From a virus: a stretch of 64,000 bases of DNA. Position 1 is the first letter of the stretch, and each line of letters starts with the position of its first letter. The position numbers and the translations under genes were made by a program. This document shows, piece after piece, positions 40,098-48,732 of this stretch. The stretch is from positions 1 to 64,000 of the IMG/VR virus record IMGVR_UViG_3300017917_001562, one strand, 5' to 3'. The notes beneath the pieces are model-generated. The model ran no database searches, was not told where the DNA came from, and was given only the letters and a program-made list of their open reading frames with translations.

Positions 40098-41041
40098 TAT
40101 GTACTCGATTTAAACCAATTATAATATCTTTCAAATCCTTCGTCAACATCTACTTTAGGATCATATCCAAAGTCATGACGAGCAGCAGTGATGTTTAATG
40201 CACCGCGGCTTGGGAAATCTTGATCTTTATCGCGAACTTCAATGGTACCTTGTCCGGCAATTTTAACTGCTAGCTTGGCAGCATCTAACAATGTATAACT
40301 ATGGCTTTTGGTTATATTGTAAGTTTTGTTAACTGCTCGATCACTTAAAGTTGCTTGTGCTATACCGCGGGCCGCATCTTCTACATAAGTAAAATCTAAA
40401 GATTCGTTTGCACCATTTACTTTAAGCACACCACCACGCATAGCAGTTAGCATAAACTTGGATACTACGCGATCCTCAACATCATACTCACCATAAACAG
40501 CACTGGGACGAATGATTACATGATCAAAACATCCTCGTCTGGTATAATCTTTAGTTAGCCATTCTCCGGCTAACTTCATAATACCATATTGTCCCTGCGG
40601 GTTACAATTTGCTTGTTCAGATACATCGTCAGTAAAGTCACCGTAGACCATACTACTGCTGATATAAACAAACTTTTTTATTTTATGTATGCGTCCTGCT
40701 TCTAATAAGTTAATTAATCCAGTGGTCATTACTTCACTAGCTAAACTAGGATTGCTGTTAACTACTTTTTGTCTAGGAAAGCTAGCAAGATGAATTACTA
40801 CTTGCGGATGAAATGTCATAAACATATTTTCGACGCTGGTACGATTCGTAATGTCTACAGCATGTATGCTGGCGTTTATTCTACGCTTACGCTCTTGTTT
40901 TAGATAATCTAATTCGTCTTTGGGAATAAATCCGTAGTTAGTAAAAGTATCAATGACATAGCATTGATGCCCCTGTTGTTCTAAAAATCTAACAACATTG
41001 TGTCCAATAAAGCCACCGCCGCCTGTTATGAGTATTCTCAT
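40079..41041 (-). CDS. NAD-dependent nucleotide-sugar epimerase/dehydratase
   Basis: ITGGGGFIG, SSSMVYG, YGIMK (YxxxK), DFTYVED. Confidence 0.9.
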   Translation of the reverse strand: MRILITGGGGFIGHNVVRFLEQQGHQCYVIDTFTNYGFIPKDELDYLKQERKRRINASIHAVDITNRTSVENMFMTFHPQVVIHLASFPRQKVVNSNPSLASEVMTTGLINLLEAGRIHKIKKFVYISSSMVYGDFTDDVSEQANCNPQGQYGIMKLAGEWLTKDYTRRGCFDHVIIRPSAVYGEYDVEDRVVSKFMLTAMRGGVLKVNGANESLDFTYVEDAARGIAQATLSDRAVNKTYNITKSHSYTLLDAAKLAVKIAGQGTIEVRDKDQDFPSRGALNITAARHDFGYDPKVDVDEGFERYYNWFKSSTYWQKKL

Positions 41042-41042
41042 A

Positions 41043-41384
41043 TTATCCCCATTTTAATTTGAAATAAGTAATATCTTCTGCTCGAAGTTTAGCACTTATG
41101 GCAAATTGGTATCCAAATGTTACGAGATCAGCATGTTTGTGCCAGACTGGAGGTTCTATAGCATGTTCCATGATCCATTTACCTGCTTCACTTTGTTGCC
41201 ATTGCCATAACGGTTCTCCTGCGTACAATACAGGATCTTCGACATCGCTCATTTGAAATTTGTGAACTACAATTTCTTTAATTTCTTGTATTTTAACTTG
41301 ACCGTCGACCGTTACTTCGCGGAAACTGTGCTCCAACTTGTAAGGTTCACTAATTAAATCATATTGGTTTTTAGTGTAAGCCAT
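41043..41384 (-). CDS. Small protein with F.LKW C-terminus (dispersed member of the array family)
   Basis: Likely start MAYTKN at 41384, just after the HNH stop; ends EDITYFKLKWG. Confidence 0.65.
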   Translation of the reverse strand: MAYTKNQYDLISEPYKLEHSFREVTVDGQVKIQEIKEIVVHKFQMSDVEDPVLYAGEPLWQWQQSEAGKWIMEHAIEPPVWHKHADLVTFGYQFAISAKLRAEDITYFKLKWG

Positions 41385-41385
41385 A

Positions 41386-41958
41386 TTATATTTCTTTAAT
41401 TTGAAACCCTTTAAAAACACCGCGAGACGGTATTTTCCCATTTCTCATTCTGTTAATAGTTGCATGGGTGTTAGGGATACTAACATTGAATTCTTTTGCA
41501 ATTTCTTTTAATCCCGCCACTATTTTAGTGGAGCCATTAGGATAATAAATTATATATTTTTTTGTATAGGAAAGTAACGATGGATCTATATTTTTAATCC
41601 AACTATTTTCTCCACTGTGCGCTTCTCTATTTTTTTGTATAGTTTCTTGTTTATGAGTTTTACCGAAGAATCCGTTTTTATCACCTGTCCTTGATTTAGC
41701 AGATTCTGACAATCTTCTTTTACCTTCGGGAGTCCAATTTTTTGGTCCTAATAATTTCATATAATTTGCTTCTTCGACGCCTATTTGTTTAGATAACGCC
41801 AAGTAAGCAATATGATCAAATTTATTGCCATATTGTTCATATAATTTTTTATGTGCTTCTGCGTGTTCTTCTATTGTTAGTTTAACTAAATTTTCGGGAT
41901 TATCTAAACCACCCATATGTTTAGGTACAATATGATGTATATGATAAATGGGCTTCAT
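41386..41958 (-). mobile_element. Free-standing HNH homing endonuclease with NUMOD3-like motif
   Basis: HIHHIVPKHMGG.DNPENLVKL..EEH..AH; NGFFGKTHKQET; directly downstream of thyA. Confidence 0.8.
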
Positions 41959-41992
41959 ATTGTATTTAGTCTTTTAGGTGTACCTTTTAATA

Positions 41993-42895
41993 TTAAATAG
42001 CCATTGGTGCTTTAATTGCTTCATGGGATTTATAATCGATCAATTTGATATCTTCCATAGTAAACATAAAAATGTCTTTTATCTCATGATTTAACCATAG
42101 TTTCGGGAGATCAAGAGGTTCTCTGGACAGTTGTTCTTTTACTTGTTCTATATGATTAAGATATATATGTGCGTCTCCTAATACATGTACAAATTCGCCT
42201 ACATCTAATCCGCACACCTGTGCAATCATGTGTGTAAGCAGAGAGTATGATGCAATATTAAATGGAACACCAAGGAAAAGATCTGCACTACGCTGGTACA
42301 TTTGGCAACTCAGCTTATTATCTGCAACATAAAACTGACTGAATACATGACAGGGAGGCAGTGCCATATCGTTTAATTCGCCTGGATTCCAAGCTGTTAA
42401 AATATGCCTACGACCACTGGGATCAGCTTTAATACCCTTAATTAACTCAGTTAATTGATCGACTTCTTTGTTTACTAATTGACTGTGTCCTATTAGTTCT
42501 TTGTCTTTGGTCTGCCAGTGACGCCATTGTACGCCATATACACGACCTAAGTCGCCAGGGTATTGCGGACCTTTGGGAGGAAATTCTTTGTACTTATTAG
42601 TCCAATAAGGTGCTGTGGCATTGGCAGTCCAGATAGTGCTCTTTTCAGAGTTCCTGCTACCATGTAATATCTCTCGCAGGCGTAGTTCATCTCCCGAACC
42701 TTCAATGAACCACAGCAACTCTGACACCACTGATTTCCACGCTAGTTTTTTAGTTGTAACTGCGGGAAAGCCTTTACTTAGATCGTACCGTTGTTGCATA
42801 CCAAAACAACTAATAGTACCTACGCCCGTGCGATCTGTTTTAGTCGTGCCATTATCTAGCACAAATCTTAATGCATTTAAATATTGAGTTTCCAT
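41993..42895 (-). CDS. thyA: Thymidylate synthase
   Basis: DRTGVGT, ELLWFI.G, LGRVYGVQWR, SGRRH, MALPPCH, YQRSADLFLGVPFN, GDAHIYLNH. Confidence 0.97.
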   Translation of the reverse strand: METQYLNALRFVLDNGTTKTDRTGVGTISCFGMQQRYDLSKGFPAVTTKKLAWKSVVSELLWFIEGSGDELRLREILHGSRNSEKSTIWTANATAPYWTNKYKEFPPKGPQYPGDLGRVYGVQWRHWQTKDKELIGHSQLVNKEVDQLTELIKGIKADPSGRRHILTAWNPGELNDMALPPCHVFSQFYVADNKLSCQMYQRSADLFLGVPFNIASYSLLTHMIAQVCGLDVGEFVHVLGDAHIYLNHIEQVKEQLSREPLDLPKLWLNHEIKDIFMFTMEDIKLIDYKSHEAIKAPMAI

Positions 42896-42904
42896 GTGTT
42901 TATT

Positions 42905-43414
42905 TTAGACTAAAGGTCTAAAGATGTCAATGTTTTTATACACTGTCCAATTACATTTTTTATCTAAACTTGGGCAAGCACTGCGAGCTTGAAATAAACT
43001 AAGATATCGCCTCAAATCAATTTGAACATCTGTTCTATATTGGCCTTTGAAATGAGTAATATGCGCTTCGTCTACTAAGTCTTTAGTGTCTAATAGCAGT
43101 TGTGGACCACCTACGATCCATACTGTCTTATCAGGATTGTCTTGGCTTATTTTTTTAATAGCAGCCGAAACATCGCCTCTGATGGTTTTAACACCTGCAT
43201 ACCCAAACAAAGGTCTTGAAGTCACAACATAAGTTGTTCGTCCTGGTAATGGTTTAGGCATTTGAGGATCATCCCAAGTACGCCTACCCATTATAACAAT
43301 TTGGCCTTGTGTTTGTTCTTTAAAATATACTAGATCTTCTTTATGGTGCCATGGCAAGGATCCGTTAAGACCCATGCCGCCCCAATGGTCTACTGCAAAT
43401 ATACTTTTAATCAT
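42905..43414 (-). CDS. folA: Dihydrofolate reductase
   Basis: MG.NGSLPW..EDL.YFK..T..VIMGRRTW..PLPGR..IVGG; adjacent to thyA. Confidence 0.9.
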   Translation of the reverse strand: MIKSIFAVDHWGGMGLNGSLPWHHKEDLVYFKEQTQGQIVIMGRRTWDDPQMPKPLPGRTTYVVTSRPLFGYAGVKTIRGDVSAAIKKISQDNPDKTVWIVGGPQLLLDTKDLVDEAHITHFKGQYRTDVQIDLRRYLSLFQARSACPSLDKKCNWTVYKNIDIFRPLV

Positions 43415-43749
43415 AGTTTATTTAACAAGCGATCTGTTTCAGGTTGAACAGTTTTTTCTACCATGTCCAAGTCTACGAAAAAATCTACATTTTCAATATA
43501 CATGTCAAGTTCTTCTAGTCTTGTATTAACATGAGCTTCGAGTTCTTCGTGATCGACACCTTCGGCCAGTAACTTTTTTATATCTACTACTACGATGGTG
43601 CCGTCTTTGAGATTTACATTCAGTTTCTCTAATACTTGAATAGGAACTTCTTTTTTATCGACTTGTTTTAATATATCACGCCAGGCTGTTTTATTATTAA
43701 GATTCAGCTTTTTGGGTTTTGGCTTTTTTGGGTTTTGTTGTTGTGCCAT
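43411..43749 (-). CDS. Hypothetical protein
   Basis: 112-aa ORF with ATGA overlap to folA. Confidence 0.7.
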   Translation of the reverse strand: MAQQQNPKKPKPKKLNLNNKTAWRDILKQVDKKEVPIQVLEKLNVNLKDGTIVVVDIKKLLAEGVDHEELEAHVNTRLEELDMYIENVDFFVDLDMVEKTVQPETDRLLNKL

Positions 43750-44383
43750 TGTTGTCAGTCGGTGTACTAGATAAGCCTTGTGCTTCTTTTTGTAATCTTT
43801 CTGCTTCAGCTAACAATTGTTTAGCTTCTGCAATCATCTTTGCCGCTTGTACTTGACGCTGAGTAGCAAGCTGCTCATCTGTCAATACATCATTAATACT
43901 TATCGTATTTACTGCCTCTGCGGGTTGACTACGACTGTTTTTAGGAGCTCTTAGTTCATTGACTGCAACATTATTACGCTTGCCTGTTAGACCACTGTTC
44001 TTGTCTAAGTCAGCAAGTTCTTTAATTGCTTCTTCACCCATGGCCATTTTATCTAAAATAGCATTTAATTCATCTAAACGAACTGTGCTTTTGACATCAG
44101 GCGTGACAATAACTTGATTGGTAGGTACTTTTTTAATCATACCTTCTTTATGTAGTGTTTGTAGTGCATTGTTACCGTCAGCAAAAGTATAACGGAACAA
44201 ATAATCACTAAACTCTTTTGCTTGTTGTCCAGACTCGCTTTCCAATGCATCCATTAATCCATCATGAATGTGACGGGGCATGGTATCGGGGTAGCAGATA
44301 AGACACATATGATCCTCGCCGGGGACCTTGCGATATAAAATAACTACCTTACGGCTGCTATGTTTTCCAACATGTTTAATCAT
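43697..44383 (-). CDS. Hypothetical protein with C-terminal coiled coil
   Basis: Likely start MIKHVGKH at 44383 (AAGGA SD); C-terminal helical A/E/K/Q-rich segment. Confidence 0.7.
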   Translation of the reverse strand: MIKHVGKHSSRKVVILYRKVPGEDHMCLICYPDTMPRHIHDGLMDALESESGQQAKEFSDYLFRYTFADGNNALQTLHKEGMIKKVPTNQVIVTPDVKSTVRLDELNAILDKMAMGEEAIKELADLDKNSGLTGKRNNVAVNELRAPKNSRSQPAEAVNTISINDVLTDEQLATQRQVQAAKMIAEAKQLLAEAERLQKEAQGLSSTPTDNNGTTTKPKKAKTQKAES

Positions 44384-44606
44384 TTTGATTTCCTTGGGTT
44401 TGAGCCTCTGTAGGTTGAGGCTGTTGAATGGCACCGCTTGCTTGTAAAAAAGCAAACATGCGTTCATATATTCCACCAATAAGGGTGAATTCTTCTGGTC
44501 TAAAAGCACCGCGAGTGGATGCTAGATTTAAAATCTCTAAAGTTCTTACAAGGTCTTCTAATTGCAGTGTTACTTGAGATTGTGCTGGGCTTGTGTCGTC
44601 AGACAT
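44376..44606 (-). CDS. Hypothetical protein
   Basis: 76 aa, GGAG SD, TAAATA at 44630-44635 upstream. Confidence 0.7.
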   Translation of the reverse strand: MSDDTSPAQSQVTLQLEDLVRTLEILNLASTRGAFRPEEFTLIGGIYERMFAFLQASGAIQQPQPTEAQTQGNQND

Positions 44607-44666
44607 TTATTCTCCGAATAATGTACAGTTATTTAATACTGTAATTGTTCGAAGAAATATTTTTTC

Positions 44667-44963
44667 TTAGCTTAAATTGTTTTCCCAAGTATTCAATTTG
44701 TCCAAAATCAGCGCAAAATGACTGGCTTCGCCGGGAATTTCAAAAGCCACACACTGTTGCATAGCGATGTGTTTATTTTCTGGATTTTCAACATAAGCAT
44801 CTCCAGCAAAAAATCTTCCGTCGCAGTTTTCATTGACCCAGTCTGTAATTTTTTTAACATTGCATCTGAGATCAAATTGAACTTTAGTAAAATGTGGCGG
44901 GCAATGATCTAGCTGTCTAAGCCCAAACACATTTAAAGGATTAACTTCACCGTACTTTAACAT
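44667..44963 (-). CDS. Hypothetical protein (possibly distant array-family fold)
   Basis: 98 aa; W..EN..GRF..VAFE.PGEASHFAL pattern. Confidence 0.65.
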   Translation of the reverse strand: MLKYGEVNPLNVFGLRQLDHCPPHFTKVQFDLRCNVKKITDWVNENCDGRFFAGDAYVENPENKHIAMQQCVAFEIPGEASHFALILDKLNTWENNLS

Positions 44964-45057
44964 ATTTGATTTTATTCTTAAGTTGTTGCATATACCATTT
45001 TACATAGGCCCAACGCTCGGGACCAAGTTTCAAAAATTTTTTAATATCAAATTTCAT
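44947..45057 (-). CDS. 36-aa hypothetical peptide (not in ORF track)
   Basis: MKFDIKKFLKLGPERWAYVKWYMQQLKNKIKYVKVR; bridges the gap, overlapping both neighbours. Confidence 0.4.
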   Translation of the reverse strand: MKFDIKKFLKLGPERWAYVKWYMQQLKNKIKYVKVR

Positions 45058-45517
45058 CTTGTTTCTTGCAAAGTTCGCAAACAGTTAAAAATTGTTCGTA
45101 GGCATTACGAACTGCGGGATGAGTCATCAGCTTATCTGCTTCTTGTTCTAACGCCTTAATACCAGCTTCGGCAATATCACGGATGCTGTTGTAATGTACA
45201 TAACGACCTCGTTCGCCCATTACTTTCTTAAAGTGTTCCCATGCGTCATATTGTTCGTTAGTTAGTACTCTATTATTTTCTTCATCACGCTTCATGTCTG
45301 AAGCATCACCTATTGCCTTACACATTTTATCAGCTGCAACACGACCTGCGGCAATCATGGCTGCATAGTTTGGATTAATGTTGTAGAAGGTGCTTTGCCC
45401 ACCCGGATAACTCACGATCAAATGTGTACCTTTTGGAAGGGCATCCATTAGTGTTTGATCATATTCTGAAACAGGCTTATACCGTCGACCTACTTTTTCA
45501 TAGAATATCTTCTTCAT
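45047..45517 (-). CDS. Hypothetical protein
   Basis: 156-aa ORF in operon. Confidence 0.75.
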   Translation of the reverse strand: MKKIFYEKVGRRYKPVSEYDQTLMDALPKGTHLIVSYPGGQSTFYNINPNYAAMIAAGRVAADKMCKAIGDASDMKRDEENNRVLTNEQYDAWEHFKKVMGERGRYVHYNSIRDIAEAGIKALEQEADKLMTHPAVRNAYEQFLTVCELCKKQDEI

Positions 45518-45794
45518 TGTCTTTACCGTTGCTGTGAGTGTTACGATGGTTGTCTATGTCTTGAAACAGTTTCTTTTCTTGGGCTGTTGGTTCTTTAAAT
45601 GTTTTTCTGGGATTACTACACATTACACATTTAGGATCTCCACAGTTCATAGCGTGGTGTTTGGCAAATCTGTGTCCTTGATGTTGATGTTCAGGTGCAC
45701 CATGCGACTTGGCAATTTTTTGTTGTTTATGAATAGCAGTTTCTTCTTGATGTAGTCGCTTGCTGTGTTTGAACTTGTCGTTGGGATCACTCAT
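45498..45794 (-). CDS. His/Cys-rich hypothetical protein
   Basis: 98 aa; HH..NCG...C..C.NPR; AAGGA SD and consensus promoter upstream. Confidence 0.75.
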   Translation of the reverse strand: MSDPNDKFKHSKRLHQEETAIHKQQKIAKSHGAPEHQHQGHRFAKHHAMNCGDPKCVMCSNPRKTFKEPTAQEKKLFQDIDNHRNTHSNGKDNEEDIL

Positions 45795-45811
45795 ATTTTG
45801 TCCTTGTATTA

Positions 45812-45840
45812 ATTATATAGCCAAAACGGTTTTATGTCAA
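45812..45840 (-). promoter_or_regulatory. Consensus sigma70 promoter
   Basis: TTGACA(45840-45835)-17 nt-TATAAT(45817-45812) on the minus strand. Confidence 0.8.
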
Positions 45841-45842
45841 TG

Positions 45843-46130
45843 TTACATCCATTTTAATCTAAACCAATTGGCATCTTCTGGAGATTCAAAAGCTATTTTT
45901 ACGCCTTGAATTTTATATTCACTTTGGCAATTTTCTTTTAACCAATCTCTTTTTTGTTGACATAAATTATCTGTGACCATATGATTGGTAACATGAACAA
46001 CATATCCGGACCCAAGAGCATTGTTTACCAATGTCCACCCCGATACTTCTACCCAAACACTAAAGTCTATTTCGTATTGAACCTGCTCAGCTAGTTGATT
46101 TAGAATGTGTTCTTGTATATTATTGTTCAT
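45843..46130 (-). CDS. Array-family small protein (ends WFRLKWM)
   Basis: WLKENC..IAFESPEDANWFRLKWM; start MNNN at 46130. Confidence 0.7.
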   Translation of the reverse strand: MNNNIQEHILNQLAEQVQYEIDFSVWVEVSGWTLVNNALGSGYVVHVTNHMVTDNLCQQKRDWLKENCQSEYKIQGVKIAFESPEDANWFRLKWM

Positions 46131-46132
46131 TG

Positions 46133-46354
46133 TTAACTCCATCTAAGACAAAAAGCTGTCAGTGTCGGTTTATCGGGCAACACCACAGTCATACCTTGGA
46201 CCTTACTTTTATTTTGTTTACACCACACTTGTAGATCATCGTAGTGTATATTCCAGTATGCTATGTCTGACAGCACAATCAACAATTCGCCGCCTGTTAC
46301 TAGCGTATCAGGAATAATGAATCTTCGTCGGTGACCGTTGTCAAGTAAACTCAT
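46133..46354 (-). CDS. Array-family small protein (ends FCLRWS)
   Basis: ATGA-overlap start at 46354; WCKQN..TLTAFCLRWS. Confidence 0.7.
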   Translation of the reverse strand: MSLLDNGHRRRFIIPDTLVTGGELLIVLSDIAYWNIHYDDLQVWCKQNKSKVQGMTVVLPDKPTLTAFCLRWS

Positions 46355-46710
46355 CTTACTAAGTTTAACATGGTTTGATATTGTTGCCAAAGATCTTGAA
46401 GTCCGGGATGTTGATGTCTAAGCCTAGTTTCTTCTTCTTGCTTATATACAATTTCTTGAATATCTCGCTTTAGGTCTACTGCATGTTGCTTTTCTTCCAA
46501 CCATTGATCGTGTTCCATTAAAGCACGAAAACGATCTTCAGGCATGTGAATTTCTACACAAGTAAGATCCTCATATGGATTATTGTTATAAATGTTTGGA
46601 TCACTGGCCCATATTTTATAATCAACTCGTCTTACTCGTCTATGCATTTTTGTACTAGGCACTACATAAGCATCATATTTGTAACAAAACTCTGTAAAAT
46701 CTTTTGTCAT
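46351..46710 (-). CDS. Hypothetical protein (non-family member inside the array)
   Basis: 119 aa, no LRW end. Confidence 0.7.
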   Translation of the reverse strand: MTKDFTEFCYKYDAYVVPSTKMHRRVRRVDYKIWASDPNIYNNNPYEDLTCVEIHMPEDRFRALMEHDQWLEEKQHAVDLKRDIQEIVYKQEEETRLRHQHPGLQDLWQQYQTMLNLVR

Positions 46711-46711
46711 T

Positions 46712-46996
46712 TTAACTCCATTTTAATAACCATAAAGCTATATCGTCTTTATGTGTAAATCCCCACCATTCTTGTTGATTATGAAAGTCGGAACTGTAAG
46801 ACAGAATTTGGCCGCGGCAATGCAAATTACACCAAGTCCAGTATTCGTTGGAAAATTTAACAGGTTTAACACAAACAAACCATTTACTGGGCTTGTGCGG
46901 TTTAACTTGTTCTGGCACCCAAAGTCCACTATCATCGTCACCAAGTCCTGGGCGAATATCGTTCCAAAATTCTTTGAACTGCTTTCGATTTATCAT
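46712..46996 (-). CDS. Array-family small protein (ends WLLKWS)
   Basis: Start MINRK at the junction repeat; WCNLHC..WGFTHKDDIALWLLKWS. Confidence 0.7.
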   Translation of the reverse strand: MINRKQFKEFWNDIRPGLGDDDSGLWVPEQVKPHKPSKWFVCVKPVKFSNEYWTWCNLHCRGQILSYSSDFHNQQEWWGFTHKDDIALWLLKWS

Positions 46997-47205
46997 GACC
47001 ACTTCAACAATGTTAACAAGGCTTTTTTCTCGTCTGCGAAATGCCAAGTAGTACCATAAGTGGGGCTCCTTAGATTCATATCATATGTACGCCACCAGTC
47101 TTGTTTAAACTCACCTACATAAGTTTCTAACCACTCATTAAATGATACATCTGGTACTAATGAACGATGAAGACCCTTGAGTTGACTTTGATGTATTTTA
47201 TTCAT
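46993..47205 (-). CDS. Array-family small protein (ends LLKWS)
   Basis: WLETYVG..WHFADEKKALLTLLKWS. Confidence 0.7.
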   Translation of the reverse strand: MNKIHQSQLKGLHRSLVPDVSFNEWLETYVGEFKQDWWRTYDMNLRSPTYGTTWHFADEKKALLTLLKWS

Positions 47206-47207
47206 AC

Positions 47208-47438
47208 TTACGCCCATCGCAGTTTCCATATTACATATAGTTCTGGAGTCAAGTATAAAGCAGTATTACTGTCGGGATCATCTCGCATTGGTCGCCATAA
47301 ATCAGGATCTTGCACTCGGATCCACTCAAACATACCCTCGGGGGTCCTAAATCCTTCAAAGCTTGGATCATCAAAACAATATGTTTTGTATCCGTGTGTA
47401 AAAAGTTCGTAACGACCGTTGCGTGGCAAATGACTCAT
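47208..47438 (-). CDS. Array-family small protein (ends WKLRWA)
   Basis: ATGA-overlap start MSHLP. Confidence 0.7.
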   Translation of the reverse strand: MSHLPRNGRYELFTHGYKTYCFDDPSFEGFRTPEGMFEWIRVQDPDLWRPMRDDPDSNTALYLTPELYVIWKLRWA

Positions 47439-47647
47439 CGGTTTCCTTTTAAAATAAACCACACAGCATCCTGCTCACGCTCAAACCACACTGTTCGACT
47501 ACCGTAGTAGAGATAGAACTTACCAGGCGAATCCATTAACTGCAATTCACGCTTGAGTTGGGCATAGTTCCAATTTAGGTTGATTGTGCGTAGAACAGGA
47601 TGCCAGTGCTGTTGCCGAACCTTTTTATCTTTGTTCCAATATTTCAT
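47435..47647 (-). CDS. Array-family small protein (ends WFILKGNR)
   Basis: VWFEREQDAVWFILK motif. Confidence 0.7.
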   Translation of the reverse strand: MKYWNKDKKVRQQHWHPVLRTINLNWNYAQLKRELQLMDSPGKFYLYYGSRTVWFEREQDAVWFILKGNR

Positions 47648-47871
47648 GACCACCTTAATATAAACCAACTCATATCTTTACGAGCATCCGGATAATCTAA
47701 AAAATAAAAATTAATTAAATCGTGTGTAATAGTATTACCATCACTGTGATATTGATTAGTAATGTAATGTGGACAGTTTTTCTTTGCCCATTGAATAGCA
47801 CTATACAAATCAAGTTTACTACGGTCTACTGTTATGTAGTTATCAGTAATCTTCATATGCCAGTTGTCCAT
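47644..47871 (-). CDS. Array-family small protein (ends WFILRWS)
   Basis: WAKKNC..FYF..KDMSWFILRWS. Confidence 0.7.
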   Translation of the reverse strand: MDNWHMKITDNYITVDRSKLDLYSAIQWAKKNCPHYITNQYHSDGNTITHDLINFYFLDYPDARKDMSWFILRWS

Positions 47872-48083
47872 CAACTCCACCTTAACAAAAATGCTGTATA
47901 ATCTTCTTCATGCTCAAATACCGCAGTAACAAACTTGTTGTCTTTGTCCTCGACCATTTTGCAGCCAAACTCCTGTAACCATTTTTTTCGGCTTTCTTCT
48001 AGTCCCAACGACTGAACACCAAGTGTTTCACGCCACGCACGACGAAACATTGAATGATGCTTTTTTAAATCTACTTCAATCAT
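47871..48083 (-). CDS. Array-family small protein (ends FLLRWS)
   Basis: WLQEFG..VFEHEEDYTAFLLRWS. Confidence 0.7.
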   Translation of the reverse strand: MIEVDLKKHHSMFRRAWRETLGVQSLGLEESRKKWLQEFGCKMVEDKDNKFVTAVFEHEEDYTAFLLRWS

Positions 48084-48732
48084 GACCACCTCAATGCTAG
48101 CATTGTAGCATGATTTGCATATTTTCGTCTAACAAATTGATAAATAAAAATGCGAGTCGCGATGCGTCAACATCCACCCGCCCTAACAGTTGAAAAGGAA
48201 CTATCAGCATGAATATTTATTCCCCGGCACGACCCCCATCTGGGTATTATGTTTACGCATATATAAGATCAAAAGATTCGAAAACAGGTAAAGCAGGGAC
48301 TCCGTATTACATTGGTAAAGGCAAGGGCAATCGAGCCACTCGACGTCACGGAAAAAACCCTATTCCAGATTTTGATTTCATAGCAATATGTGAAGAAAAT
48401 TTAACTGAAATTGGTGCATTAGCGATTGAACGATTCCTTATACGTGTTTGGGGGAGAAAAGATATCGGTACCGGAATTTTGTTAAACAGAACAGACGGCG
48501 GGGATGGGACATCGGGTAGATCAGCAGAGTCAATCTGCACCCAAACTGCGCCACCAAGGTCTACCCATCTTGGATCATTATGATCTACAATTAAAGGGCC
48601 CACAGGCCACCTTACTTTGATAACAACACCAGGAACAAACCTCCACCAAAGTTTTTGCCAAATGTTTAATCCGCAAGGCAAATATCTGCCAGACGGCAAT
48701 TGAAATAAACTTTTAATTTCCCACTTAGCCAT
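48080..48732 (-). pseudogene. Array-family gene disrupted by an inverted endonuclease fragment
   Basis: N-terminal part [15 protein letters not shown] (48732 to about 48519); orphan out-of-frame tail VRRKYANHATMLALRWS* (48133-48080) carrying a perfect junction repeat. Confidence 0.65.
48140..48520 (+). mobile_element. Inverted insertion: late-promoter motif, leader and truncated GIY-YIG homing endonuclease (ORF 48209..48583)
   Basis: YYVYAY..PYYIGKG.GNR..E..LI...[12 protein letters not shown] catalytic domain; after TSGR the ORF reads the antisense of the disrupted gene; ATAAATA at 48140, AAGGA SD. Confidence 0.75.

Noticed and set aside
41993-42895. Group I intron or intein in thyA
   Set aside because: thyA is contiguous and of normal length; the HNH gene lies outside it
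48346-48518. C-terminal part of ORF 48346..48732 as genuine protein
   Set aside because: It is the antisense reading of the inserted GIY-YIG fragment
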